DNA of 64,000 nucleotides from Octopus sinensis (GCF_006345805.1 NC_043006.1:73842001-73906000), one strand, 5' to 3'; shown: positions 36,891-50,012, counted from the first letter of the stretch. Numbers and translations are program-made. The notes: generated by a model from the letters alone, not told the origin.

Positions 36891-37872
36891 ACAAAATATG
36901 AAGTTATATCTTGAGATCGTTAGTGACAACAACGCTCAAAATATATAACAGACTGGAATAGTAGTGCTCAAATGAGCTGTATACACGTTTTAATCCGAAG
37001 GGAGGCAATGTGAGCAGCAACTGCAAGAGCACTACAAAATCCACAGAAAGATCAAACACATGCATATATTCATATATTCCTTTATATCTACAGAACAGGC
37101 ATAAAGCCCGTCGTTTAGAAATATATAGTAATATATAAATATATAAACATCATATAAAAAATATATAGTACGCATAAGATCCACTCGACGTTCCATAAGA
37201 AATTTAGAAATAAAAATTGCAAGAAAAGTTAGAGGTAATATTAACAATTGAAGTAACTATAGTAAATATAGTAAGTAGTAATTAAATATATTTTATTTTA
37301 TTAAAATGGTAATTAAATCGTAATATAACAATTAAAATAGCAATTAGTATGAAATGTATCAAGGACTTGAACTCGAATATGTGGCTTTGCATTAATGGGA
37401 GAAATTAAAAGATGAAACATTTAATTGAGTGCAGAAGTGAATTAGTCCAGATGGAGCTGTGCGCATTACCATTTACTATAGCTGCTAGATTAAATTATAT
37501 GCTTATAAAGTAGCATTCAGTATCTATGAGAATTTTTGGGAGCATGTAATGTCTGGTCTTTCGCATGTAGCAGGTATGTAATTATGCATTTGTTTCCGTG
37601 TACTATGTGTTGTGTGTAAAAAACATCCTGACGAGGGGAGTGTCAATTCTAAATATATGATATGTTTCATATTAATTGGTGTATCTCCGAAACGATGAAC
37701 TTTTATGCATTTTTGTAAATTTGTATATTTTTATCTCCTATGTATATTTCTCTGGAATTTTAATTCGTCTTTTTAATATGTCATTGTATGTTTTATTACC
37801 CCATGTTTTTAATTTAACAAATTTATAGCAAACTAGCACTATGACCCGGCAAGGCCGGGTCATAATGCTAGT
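36592..37872 (+). mobile_element. Helitron-like element interrupted by a Penelope remnant
   Basis: 5' A|TCTATATATATGTAAAACTGAGAATGTCTG; 3' CCCGGCAAGGCCGGG hairpin then CTAG|T at 37868-37872. Confidence 0.6.
37060..37828 (+). mobile_element. Penelope-like 3' remnant plus pLTR with hammerhead-like motif
   Basis: Frameshifted C..C..EKLK and CRSELV motifs; CTGACGA..GAAAC at 37628-37693. Confidence 0.5.
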
Positions 37873-37898
37873 ATATATATATATATATATATATATAT

Positions 37899-38908
37899 CT
37901 CCCGGGATAGCCATTCTGGCCAGCTATGCAGACGATACGAAAGTCTCGCAGAAAATACAGAACCCCAGCGATGTTGCACACCTGCAGCAGGAGTTGGACT
38001 CAATCTACAGATGGACTGAGGATAATAATACGCAGTTTAATGCTGAAAAATTACAGGCCTTGCGCTACCAGCATCCAAAACTGAATATTAAACTTACAGG
38101 ATACACCGGTCCACAGGGAATTTCAATCCCAGAGCCTAAGTCTGTGAGGGACCTGGGTATCGACATGAGTGATGATACCTCTTTCCAAGTGCACATTACC
38201 AGGATGGCGACAAAGTGCAGACGACTGGCTGAGTGGATCCTAAGAACATTCAGAACCAGAGATAAGGAAACCATGATGGTCCTCTGGCGGACATTCGTCC
38301 TCAGCCGCCTGGATCACTGCTCACAGCTATGGTCACCCTCCAGTGTAAAATTAACAGCGGACCTTGAAGCAATCCAGAGAAAATTCACAAAGAAGATCGT
38401 CTCTTTGCAACAGCTCCGCTACTGGGAAAGGTTGAAACAGCTAAGACTCTACTCCCTGGATAGAAGACGGGAGAGGTATGCAGTAATATATGTCTGGAAG
38501 ATCATAGAAGGAATTGTGCCAAATTTTGGCATTTTAAGCTACACCAGTGCTAGAACCGGACGACACTGCATAGTGCCAAAGATCCCAGTAATGCCATCAC
38601 GCTTCAGGACCAGCATCTGCAACAGCCTGGATTTCAAGGGCCCACAGCTTTTTAATATTCTCCCAAAGAGTCTGAGAAACTTGCACAAAGTAGATGTAGC
38701 GGTTTTTAAATCAAAGCTGGACATCTTCCTGTCGAGAGTCCCAGATGAACCTACCTCACGGCAAGAGGTGCAAATGAGAGTAGCTATATCAAACTCCATT
38801 CTTCACCAAGTGCCACATATTAGACGAGGTTCTTCGCAATAACAGTGTAGCACAAAACGGCGGTGCATCAGCATGGCCGCAGCTCTGAGCTGAAACTAGA
38901 GAAAAAAT
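37899..38908 (+). mobile_element. 5'-truncated CR1/L2-like LINE with intact 3' end, inserted in (TA)n
   Basis: Open ORF from YADDTK to the stop at 38842 (ILRTF, LEAIQRKFTK, RRRERY); short 3' UTR with stem-loop and A-rich tail. Confidence 0.9.
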
Positions 38909-39064
38909 ATATATATATTAGCATCATTCCAGGCAGTTATTTTTTCTTCTCATATATAAACCTGTTGTATAATCACTTTAGCTACGCAAAATGTAAATGA
39001 TAAAGAGATGTTCCACAGTTATATTAACACTTATTAACATTAAGGGAAATTGCAACAGCAGAAA

Positions 39065-39374
39065 AGAAGGAGCATTTTCTTTTCTCTTCTTTTCTTCCTT
39101 TGCGAGCCATTCCTGGCTCATAGGGCCGGTTTACCGGTTTCCTTGGCGTATAGGTTCCCCACCTGGACGGGACGCCGGTTCGTCGCAGGTGGGCTGCAGG
39201 AGGAAAGAGTGAGAGAAATTTGTGCGAAAGTGTCAGCGGAAGTCCGCCATTACCTTCTGCCGGAGCCGCGTTGAGCTTAGGTGTTTCGCTCATAAACACA
39301 CACCTCGCCCGGTCTGAGATTCGAACCCGCAATCTCTCGACCGCTGCTATAATCACTAGGCCATGTGCCTCCAC
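39065..39374 (-). mobile_element. tRNA-derived SINE with V-domain-like 3' part
   Basis: Head GGAGGCACATGGCCTAGTG..GGGTTCGAATCTC as at 62166; 3' CCTGCGACGAACCGGCGTCCCGTCCAGG as at 9214. Confidence 0.8.
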
Positions 39375-39569
39375 AAACGTAAAGACTAACGAAATACTGG
39401 TAAGCATTCTCCCGGCGCGCTTTCGTTTCTGCCAGTTCGCCGTCTAAAGAGCATTTTAATAAACTGTATTGTTATTTTTCTCTATGGTGAATAAAGCATT
39501 TGCATATCATATACATTGATAAATATAACTAAGAGTGTCATATACAAAATTAATGATAATAATAGTGTT

Positions 39570-39935
39570 GAACTGGTGCTTTATTTATCGACCCCGAAAA
39601 GAGGAAAGGCAAAATCCGACTCGGTGACAATTGAGCTCAAAATGTAAAGAAGGACGGAATGCTGCTTAGAATTTTGACGGGCGTGGTAACTCGCCACCCT
39701 AATAAATATAGTAGTAATTCTTTCCTACTATAGGCACGAAGCCTGAAATTTTGGGTTACTGAGGAAGTCGATTACATCCCCCCCTCCACTACTTGACTGG
39801 TATTTGGTTTATCGACACCGGAAGGGTAAAAAGCAAAATCGATCCCGATGGAATTTGAACTCAGGATGTAAAGGTGGATGAAATGCTGTTGAGCATTTTT
39901 GTTCCGGTGTGCTAACAATTCTGCCAGCACTCTGC
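39570..39935 (-). mobile_element. SINE B, two diverged copies
   Basis: Family motifs; (TAA)n flank. Confidence 0.75.
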
Positions 39936-40824
39936 ATTCTTAATAAGAATAATAATGATAATAATAATAAAAATAACGATGATTTTCTTTTATTTGGACA
40001 AGGACATCAGCTAAGAGGGACATTACAAACACAGGTTACTGTTTGTGTGAGATATATATAATTTAAGGTGGTAGTGTAAGAAGTAAAAGGAATGCGGAGA
40101 AATGGAATGAAAAATTATGCGTAGGACACAAAATATATATCATACATTGATTTAGTAAAATGCACAGAACATATTTCGATTTTGAATTTGTTTTTGTTAT
40201 AGTATTGATCAGAAGCCGTGTTGAAACCAATATTGTTATATTTGGGAAACGGCATAAATAATAAAGGCTATGTTCACGATCAAATATTGTTTGTTTGTAT
40301 TTCTCTTCTTTTGCCAAAGCAGATGCTGTTTATTTACGTATATCAAAATATTTTTCATTACATCAACATATCACATTTTTAATGTGTATTGATGAGGAAA
40401 TATTGAAAAATATTTTACAGGAACATAACAGATGACAACTGTTTTGAAGCAACAAGGCAAATAGAGATAAACAACAAACGATGGATGTGTTTATAGGCTT
40501 ATAAGCTTTATTTATTATGACACTTCCCAAATTATATCAGCAACACAACACATACTCTATATAATCACCACTACACCAATAATATAATGTTATACAGTCT
40601 GCATATAATACTTTATAGAATTACCACTCACCAGATATAAAATAATGTTTATAGTGCATATTCTACACAGTCCTTGCACGACATAGCAATACAAAACATT
40701 CTACACAATCATCACCAATAATACACGCTCTGCAGGATTATGTATGAGATTATAACAGTATAATACATCTCACATAATCCATTGAGAATTTACCTGAAGT
40801 CCGTCGCTGCGACTATGGCCTCTT

Positions 40825-41250
40825 TTACTGTTTTATCTCTTTTACTTGTTTCAGTCATTTGACTGTGGCCATGCTGGAGCACCGCCTTTAGTCGAGCAAA
40901 TAGACTCCAGGAGTTATTCTTTGTAAGCCTAGTACTAATTCTATCAATCTCTTTTGCCGAACCGCTAAGTTACGGGGACATAAACACACCAGCATCTGTT
41001 GTCAAGCGATGTTGGGAGGGCAAACACAGACACACACACACACTCACACATACACACTCACACATACACACACACACATAGATATATACATATATACGAC
41101 GGGCTTCTTTCAGTTTCCGTCTACAAAATCCACTCACAAGGCTTTGGTCGGCTCGAGGCTATAGTAGAACACACTTGCATAAGGTGCCACGCAGTGGGAT
41201 TGAACCCGGAACCATGTGGTTCGTAAGCACGTTACTTACCACACAGCCAA
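40825..41250 (-). mobile_element. SINE A, full length
   Basis: Reverse complement of the consensus. Confidence 0.9.
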
Positions 41251-41442
41251 TGATTTTTGTATGACTTGATACGCTTTCTCCATACTGGTGGGTTTTCAGC
41301 TTGAGTTCGTCATTTATTAGGATCAAGTTTCTTTCCACTTCATATTCCTCTTTTTTTACGCAACTTCTTCTACACAATTGTTTTCCAACACACGACATAT
41401 AAATGTATGATTCGTTGCGTGTCAAACATAATCAGTAGTATG

Positions 41443-41594
41443 TACGAGTGGGTGCTGAAAAGTTCTTGGTTTTAAAGGTATCGCGAAAGGCCTGATTGGA
41501 GGCCCAACCTTCCGATGTTGAATAAAATCATAATTAATTATCTTCCTCTATTTTTTTTACCCAAAGCTAGGGAACTTTTCAGCACCACCTCGTA
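41443..41594. mobile_element. Mariner-type MITE (~150 bp)
   Basis: TA|CGAGTGGGTGCTGAAAAGTTC...GAACTTTTCAGCACCACCTCG|TA. Confidence 0.8.
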
Positions 41595-42182
41595 TTGTTT
41601 TTAAACACATTACTAGATTGCTTATATTACATTCTATGATATTCATTTCTCTCATTCTCTGGGTTTATGCCACAGATTGATGTGATATATCTAGAACTAA
41701 AATCCTTGACCGCACTAGCTTTTGAAATGAGATGTTCCCTTTTTGTTCTCATTCGCGCACTTTTGCACATCTAATTTTACTCAAATATTTGGAAACTGCT
41801 TAATTGTGCAGCTCCTTGTATTATCACCTCTCCCTGCATTCACAAATTATCTGGTCAGTCTGTCTACTACGTTTTATAAAAATATTCTTGTGTTTATTCC
41901 TCTAGTCTCAATGACTTACCAATGTCATTGGTAAACTGTTTGGTAATGCTAAGAAAACAGTCATGCCTTAAGCCGAAAACCGTTATCAACATAGAATTTA
42001 GGTCATCCATCAAGAGGAAACGATGCATCAATATGGTTTCCCATTTCTTATATTCTGTCTAAACTTAATTTTATTCTTACCTATATAAATTTAACAAATA
42101 TAGGATGAAACGAAGGCGACCAGAATTGTCTGATTGGAATATCCTAGTAGGTATTGCAATGAAGTTGGTTCTTTCAGTTGAG

Positions 42183-42434
42183 TTACTCTTTTACTCTTTT
42201 TATACACTTTTATTCTTTTTACTCTTTTACTTATTTCAGTCATTTGACTGCGGCCATGCTGGAGCACCACCTTTAGTCGAGCAAATCGACCCCCAGGACT
42301 TATTCTTTATAAGCCTAGTACTTATTCTATCGGTCTCTTTAGCCGAACCGCTAAGTTACGGCGACGTAAACACACCAGCAACGGTTGTCAAGCGATGTTG
42401 GGGTGACAAACACAGACACACACACACACACACA

Positions 42435-42505
<71 letters not shown>

Positions 42506-42662
42506 GACGGGCTTCTTTCAGTTTCCGTCTACCAAATCCACTCACAAGGCTTTGGTTGGCCCGAGGCTATAGTAGAAACACTTGTCCAAGCTGCCACGCT
42601 GTGGGACTGAACCCAGAACCATGTGGTTTGTAAGCAAGCTACTTACCACATAGCCACTTCTG
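42183..42662 (-). mobile_element. SINE A, full length, expanded (CA)n spacer
   Basis: Reverse complement of the consensus. Confidence 0.9.
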
Positions 42663-42779
42663 CGTTGTTGTAAGTTACCGTAAGAAATGAATGTCTGCCT
42701 GTTATACATTGTTACTTTAATGAATTTCAACATGATAACATCAAATTCATATACTTGTATATTTTAATAAGCTAGTTCC

Positions 42780-44150
42780 GTGGGATCATATCCAAAGCTT
42801 CCCCGTAGAAATCCAGACACTGTACAGCTTTTTGTTTCATATCTTGGCATTAGCTCCTTCTAAAATGTTAAGAAAGGGCTGTTAGATTGTCATGGGAATA
42901 CAGATTACGCACTTTCTGCTCTACAAACTTTTCTCTTTCGTAATCGTTCAATTATCCGTCGAATTGCATGTTGGAGATCAGTTTATAACAACGGCCGTAG
43001 ATGGGTATGCTTTCTTTTGGGAATCATTTTTATCCTTCTGCTATAGGAAATATCTTAGTACATTGTTTGAGAAGGAGTGAGAGGTAGTGATAGATTGCCG
43101 ATTCAGAGCATTGCAGTATGTCAAAACCACAACAACCAAAGTTATGGATAAGGCAACTGCTAGGACATATTCTGCTTCCGTGTTGCTTAAAGCAAGTTTC
43201 CCAATCAGATATCGTAGTTTACAAATTTGTGTTGTAGCAACCTATTTATCTAACCATTTACAGTTTCATTATACTTAGGTTCATTTTTAGAAGTGTCTCC
43301 AGAATATAATTAACTAGCAGTATCGCCCGGCGTTGCTCGGGTTTGTAAGGGAAATAACTATAAAGCATTTTTAGAGAGTTATAGCCAAAAATTAGCAAAA
43401 AAAGGGGAAAAAAATTATGGTAATTTTTTTTTTTGAGAGTTAAAAAGGTCGAGTTGCGTCCCCTAGACAGTCTGTGGTTTGTGTTTCTGATTCTCGACCC
43501 CATGTCGAATTTATCGATTTTTTCAGAACTGGGGGGACTTTTCAAAATTTTCTCTGCGTTAGTTTTGAATTATGACATTGGGCTATGTGTGTGTTAAGTT
43601 TCATCAGAATCGGTTGAAAGCCGTGGTCAGGGTGAGGGTACAACTTAACAGACACACAGACAAACTGCCGTTTATATATAGAGAGATATTGAACAGTTGT
43701 GCTACCAAATTGTAGATTGTTACTAAGTAGTTTCCTATAGAATTTATGTGGGTTATTTTCGAAAGCGTGATTTCGAAAGTACCATTTCCTCACCAATGCT
43801 ATGCATTTCAAATATATTTTTCTAGGGAGATATTACCTGTTCCAAGAATCTGGGTATTTCGATGAATAATTTCTTATTGTTTATATTGTAGTTAATCCTC
43901 ATACCGTAGATATTTCTCGAAGTGTTATATTCTGTTATCTACATTATTTTCACTATTTCTCTGGGTAAGGGTATCTACTTAAAACGGTAATTTAGACTTC
44001 CAGTTATCTAGTCTCTGTGGGTTCTTTTTGTATTTTGCAACGATACATTTTTCATTCAATCCTGTTTAATCTATTGTTGTAACTATACACGTGTAAAGGA
44101 GATTAGATGGGTGATGCAGTCACCTTTAATTTGTGTTTTGTTTGTACTCT
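42780..44150 (-). mobile_element. Ancient R4/Dong-like (RLE) LINE remnant split by a Helitron
   Basis: FENNPHKFYRKL (43.75 kb), CYKLIS..EQK and KKLYSVW/LDF..ALDMIP (42.8-43.0 kb). Confidence 0.45.
43314..43686 (-). mobile_element. Non-autonomous Helitron-like element
   Basis: A|TCTCTCTATATATAAAC...CCCGAGCAACGCCGGGCGATACTG-CTAG|T. Confidence 0.85.
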
Positions 44151-44170
44151 TTTCATAGTGTGCTTTAATA

Positions 44171-45436
44171 CGAGGGGCGTTCAATAAGTAATGCTCCTGA
44201 CCCACTTTTGCATGTACAATTATTTATATCTTTATAGATTAAGTGGAAAATTACAGCTCTGAACTAATTGTGGTTTCTGATTTACAGGTGTTTGAACTGA
44301 GTCAAGTGTGAAATGGAGCCTGTTGAGTGTCGAGCAGTGATCCGGTTTTTGTATTTGAAAGAACGCACACCACGGGAGACTTTTGATGAAATGAAAGTAA
44401 CTTATGGTGATGATGCCCCATCATATGACCTTGTAAAACGCTGGCATCGTGAATTCAAACATGGTCGGAACTCTGTGGAAACAGCTCCTAGATCTGGTCG
44501 CCACCTTCTGCCATTGATGAGGCATCTGTCCGTCATGTTGATGCTGCCATTTTGGAAGATCGACGCATAACTATTCGCCAAATAGCCCATGAGGTCAAGA
44601 TTAGTACCGGGTCTGTGGAATCTATCATTCATGACCATTTGCATATGCAAAAGGTGTCTGCCAGATGGATTCCCAGGTTGCTCACATCTTTCCAGAAGCA
44701 AGAACGTGTCGATGCTCGAGGATGAATTTGGAGATGTGCCAAGAAGATGAGTCAAAATTTTTCAAAAGACTGATTACACAGAATGAAACCTGGGTCCATC
44801 ACTATGATCCAGAGACCAAAGCCCAGTCAATGCAGTGAACACACCGTGACTCACCTCCTCCAAAGAAGGCAAGGGTGCAGCCCTCCGCTGGCAAGGTCAT
44901 GCTCACAGTCTTCTGGGACCAGGACGGAGTACTGATGACAGATTTCCTGGCAAAGGGTGCCACAATTACAGGAGCCTATTATGCTTCACTTTTGAGGAAA
45001 TTAAGAGAAGCTATCAAAATCAAGAGGCGGGGCAAGATCAGCAAAGGCATCCTCCTCTTGCAGGACAACGCTCCGGTTCACAACTCGCGTGTCGCCAGAT
45101 CAGAAGCACAGGCGTGCGGCTATGAACTCATCCCCCAGCCCCCCTACTTTCCTGACCTTGAACCCTCTGATTTTCACCTCTTCCCAGCCATGAAGTTGTT
45201 TTTGAAAGGAAAGCGTTCCCCAGATGATGTAGCCTTGATTTCTGAAGTCACGTCGTGGTTGGAGGACCAAGCTGGGGTCTTCTACAAAAACGGTCTTCAG
45301 AGCTGCATCAAACGATGTGAGAAATGAATAACTCTGGGTGGTTCCTATGTAGAAAAAGACTAATAACTGTGCCAAGTTTCGTTGCTCTACTGCTATGGGA
45401 AGTGGGTCAGGGGCATTACTTATTGAACGCCCCTCG
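44171..45436 (+). mobile_element. Full-length defective mariner (DD34D), 1266 bp
   Basis: TIRs CGAGGGGCGTTCAATAAGTAATGC and GCATTACTTATTGAACGCCCCTCG with TA TSD. Confidence 0.95.
44313..45327 (+). pseudogene. Mariner transposase pseudogene
   Basis: MEPVECRAVIRF, WIPRLL, ITQNETWVHHYDP (first catalytic D is N), QDNAPVH-34-PSDF; frameshifts and an in-frame TGA (MQ*TH). Confidence 0.9.
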
Positions 45437-46531
45437 TATGTAATCATTTTTGAGAAGAGTCTTTTAAACGTATGATTCATAGGAAGTATTTCAGCCTGCT
45501 TTTCGGAAGCTGTTGATACATATATTGTCAGATTCACCTGAAGCTGCAATGAAATCTTACCAAATTCCTGCAGCAGGAGCAAAAGCAGAAGCCAAATGTA
45601 TTCTCTTGGAAAACATAACGATCAGAAATGTTAATGTCTAGAAATGTTGACATTGTTATCGTAATATGGTTTCTTACTCGAAGATATATTACTATGGCTA
45701 TTAATACTATTATTTTAACCATTACTAACACCACTACCATTACCTCCACTGTTTTCAGCACCATGAAATAAATTCTAACGTACAATCTTTGTAATCTCGA
45801 TTTCTAAATTCCTCAACCAATGTCGTTTTTGCTGTGTAAATTAGTATGGTTGCTTAGCTGAATTTTTAAAATTAGCTATTGGATGTATTTAGGTGTATAT
45901 TTTTTTTACTATATATCTACATGAAATATTTATGATGGCTTGGAAGTATCCGACATCGTACAAGTCCATTTCTCCTTGCTGGCCTAGGATAATCACACCT
46001 GAGACAACAAAAAAACTATCCGTGGTTCTGTGTATTTCTTGCTATGGTTTTAGAAATTATAATAAGGAATATATCATATAAAATATCATATAAAACTCTT
46101 TATATCATATAAAACTCTTTACCAACACACGCCATCAAAGTGATGCTGGGGCAGAAATAGACGAAGCCCAATATAACCAGTACACACTGCTGAAAAAAGG
46201 TGTCTGAATAAGATTTGTTTATAGACGATGAGCGGAACATCCATGTTTCTAGTGGTGAATTATTCTAACCTTAAAGAATTACTCATAACACATGCATATA
46301 ACGCTCAACCACTACTACTTCTCGTGATCAGAGATGCACAATTTGTATGCTATTGAGGAACATGTTCAACTGGCTAAAGCCAAGCAAGTGAAAAGAAAAT
46401 CTATGGTATTGAGCAGAATATTTGCTGTAGCTGATCGTTTACATCAAGACAGAAAATGTACCAATAAGAATATGTTCCAATCAGTCAAAATCAGAAACCG
46501 TGAGAATCACTGTCTGGTACTTCATCAGAAC

Positions 46532-46533
<2 letters not shown>

Positions 46534-46586
<53 letters not shown>

Positions 46587-47815
46587 GCCTTTGCACAGCT
46601 TCTAACGCTGGAGATGTACAACAGTGTCAGCTGTTCACTACTAGTGAACTAAGATAACACCTCTTATTTTTTGAGCATCTTCCGGAGTATTCGGGCGGTT
46701 CCAAGCAGTGCTGTTTTCTGCAAGTGTTCCAACTTTATTGAAGCTACTATTTGATCCCCGTACTTCTCGAGATTTTTGCTCACTGTTCCCAGGGCTCCGA
46801 CAATTATTTGTACTACTGCTACCGTTTTCATCGTCCACAACTGCTTAACTTCCCAAGCTAACCTGTCATATCTCTCGTCTTTTCTTCCTTATCGCATTAC
46901 CTTGTTGTCAGCTGGGCATGCTATATCTATGATCCAGCATAGTTTGTTTTCTTTCTCAATTAAGACTATGGATGGCTTTGTAGTTTCTATCTCATGGTTG
47001 CACTGAATCATAAAATGTTTGACGATGCCTTCAGGTTTGTGGTCGTACCGATTTTTGCTCTGTCAAGTCCATACTTGTTGCAAAGTGTCCAATAGACAAG
47101 CCTGGCTATATTGTCGTGGAATCTCTTATATTCCTTCTGGGCTAGTGGCGTACATTGGCTGGTAATATGCCATACGGTTTCACCGTTTTCTTCACAGATT
47201 TTGCACTTATCACTTTCTGCTGTGTTGTCTATTCTGTATTTGATGTAGATTGTTCTTAGTGCTTGCTCTTGGGCAGCACAGATTAGAGCCTCCGTCTCCG
47301 GTTTTTGATCACTTTTAGTCATCCACAGCCATCTTTTTTTCTGTTTGTCTTATATTCAACATCCCTATGAAATTGACCATGCATTCTTTTCTTAACCACC
47401 TATTTTCAGTTTCATTCGTTATAAATTTCTTGTATATTGCTTTATCTTTGCAATCTTTCATCCCACACAAGCATGACCTTCTTACTTCGGTGGCATTTTT
47501 ACATATCATGCTATGTTGTTTTCTTCTGCTCTAATGCAGTGTTCGTATCCAATAAGTTCTCTTCCACCTCTTTTTCTTGGTACATACAGTCTGTCTGTGT
47601 CACCTTTCTGGGTGGAGTGACCCATATCTAGTTAGAAACTTCCTTGTCTTTCAGTCTAAGCTGTTTAGTTCGTCTACTGTCCATGCGATTACCCCTGCTT
47701 CATATCTAAGGATTGAAACCACCCAGGTGTTGATAGCTTCGATCTTATTCCGTCCATTTAATTTCGACTTAAGGATCATTCTCAGTCTGCGCAAGTACAC
47801 CACCTTAACTTTTTA
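46534..47815 (-). mobile_element. 5'-truncated R4/Dong-like (RLE) LINE with (AAT)n tail
   Basis: KSKLNGRNKIEAINTW, DRLYVPRKRGGR, EQALRT, zinc knuckle CKIC..ETVWHITSQC; (TAT)n at 46534-46587 on the plus strand. Confidence 0.9.
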
Positions 47816-47829
47816 TGTCATTTCTTTCT

Positions 47830-48040
47830 CCAGCAGAATCGTTAGCACGCCGGGCGAAATGCTTAGAAGTATTTCGTCTACCGTTACGTTCTGAGTTCAA
47901 ATTCCGCCGAGGTCGACTTTGCCTTTCATTCTTTCGTGGTCGATAAATCAAGAACCAGCCGAGTACTTGGGGTAGATGTGATTGACAGTCTCCCTCCCTA
48001 AAAGATCCAGGCATTGTGCCTATAGTAGAAAGGATTATTA
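47830..48040 (+). mobile_element. SINE B
   Basis: Consensus body ending AAAGGATTATTATT. Confidence 0.85.
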
Positions 48041-48896
48041 TTTTTATTTGCTATTACAATTTTGTATTTCTAACAAGTAAAAAAAGTACAGTTAAATGCA
48101 TTGATTTCTGTACATGACATTTAAATGCTTTATTGTTCAGAGAGAATTGTAAGGTAGAATATTTTTATAGAGTTCTATCTCTTTCGCTGTTCTGTTATTT
48201 TCTGTTAATGTTAAAAAGTGTTAATTTCATTTTTACATTGCAAACTTAGTGATAATATAAAATGTTTATGTATGAATAAAAAGAAAAACAGAAAAATAAC
48301 TAGCCAAGAGTATTTTAATATAATTTAAGTATGGTAGAACTATTCAAAATATTTCTTCGGGGTTATCTGTCAACTTTAAACATCTAATTTTAAATAAAAC
48401 TTTACGTTCATACTCTGCACAACTACGCTGAGGCTCTAACATGATGGAACAAAATGTGATTAAATCGAAAAGTAAGGAAAAATATTTCTTAAAATACAGA
48501 GTGTGTTTAAGTAGTTTAAAAAACGAAACAAAACAATGAAAAAGCATAATGAATATTTTCTTACCTAAATTTAGTTTTTGTTAAAGTATCCTTGAGGAAA
48601 ATATTCGATATTTTTGCGTAGGAGCAACACCTATATATTTAATAATATAAAAGCCAGTTATCTACAAATTGCAATGAAGCTGGCTCGGTTCACAAACATA
48701 TTATGGTCACTTAGCTCACAAACCAAAGATTGCTAAGTCGACTAACTAGAAGTTTTTTTAAAATTTTCATTGTTTTACACAAGGCATATTAAATGTTACG
48801 CATGCGCTTTGGAGAGTGAGGAGATGTGGGGCTACGTTGATGATATTCACAGGTATATTGGTGAGCGTACATAAAATAAAGTGCAAAATGGCTACA

Positions 48897-49289
48897 TCTT
48901 TATATATAAAAGTGAGGTTGTGTGCTGTCTGTCTCCTACGATTTAGATTCCTAACTACTCCCACATTTTGCGGTGCAGTTTAACCAAAACCGGGTATCTT
49001 CTAGTCGTGATTCATATCGAGCCCTTCTGGGTATTAGCGCGTGTCTACGATGAGTCTACGATTTAAAAAAAAATTACCATCAATTTTTCCCAATTTTAAT
49101 GCATTTTTGGCATATATAAGGGAAGTAACTCTCTAAAAATTTATTATTAAATCTAAGAACGTAAAAGGCTACAGTAACCCCCCCCTTTGTGGTTAGCCAT
49201 ATTGAGATGGCTATTATACATTACATCTCTAAAAATGCTTATATAGTTATTTCCCTTACAACCCGAGCAACGCCGGGCGATACTGCCAG
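48897..49289 (+). mobile_element. Non-autonomous Helitron-like element
   Basis: A|TCTTTATATATAAAAG...CCCGAGCAACGCCGGGCGATACTG-CCAG|T (CTAG mutated). Confidence 0.8.
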
Positions 49290-49427
49290 TTCTATATAAA
49301 TTTGACTCTTTTTTAAGGATCACCAGTGTAAATTTGTGCATATTTGATTTGATTTATCTTCATTTAGCTATTAGAGTGCAGGCTGGGCATGAATGATGGT
49401 GAACAGCTGAGCATACATACAGAAACA

Positions 49428-49469
<42 letters not shown>

Positions 49470-49497
49470 ATATATATATATAATCCATACACAATTA

Positions 49498-50011
49498 TCT
49501 ATTATATAAAAACCTCCATCCGATTGCGCTCAAATTTAATGTGTAGATACCGACGACATCAGGGCGTGTATAAGTCTTGAAAAAATTACAAAAATCCATT
49601 CCAGGTGAGAATGCAATCGATAAAGCCGTTTTTGTCCTGCTTTTCTTCCGTCCACCTGTACATAAATGCACCTTCCATTTTTTGTTGTTTTTGTACTGCT
49701 TAAAGGCACGTTTCTTTCCTGCCAAGCTTACTATTTAAACCATGTTTGTGTTCTCCCAGTCAACAGCCTTATCATTACAGGTACTTTAAACTCTTCGGTT
49801 GCACATTTGTATGAACAAAATCGTTTTTCTTCGGAATAGATTAAAAAAAAGTCTATCTTTATTTCTTCTTTTGCTGGTGCCTCAAATTTAGGTTAAATCA
49901 GTGTTTCTCAAAGGGGAGGCTCACGGGACGGTCGGAAAAGTTGTTTTGAGAAAATTTGGTTTAAATGATTGACAACCCAGCACCGTCCATTGGACGGGTG
50001 GCGTTTTGCTC

Positions 50012-50012
<1 letters not shown>
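49498..50012 (+). mobile_element. Helitron-like element, second family
   Basis: A|TCTATTATATAAA...ACCGTCCATTGGACGGGT hairpin...CTCG|T; interior matches 63485-63920. Confidence 0.65.

Noticed and set aside
45920-46010. Minus-strand exon candidate (similar ones at about 48560, 50950, 58910-58945 and 61290-61328)
   Set aside because: One weak splice site each and ambiguous frames; possible extra exons but not supportable without RNA data.
48800-48870. WGYVDDIH, a possible RT active-site remnant
   Set aside because: Isolated short match with no flanking RT motifs.
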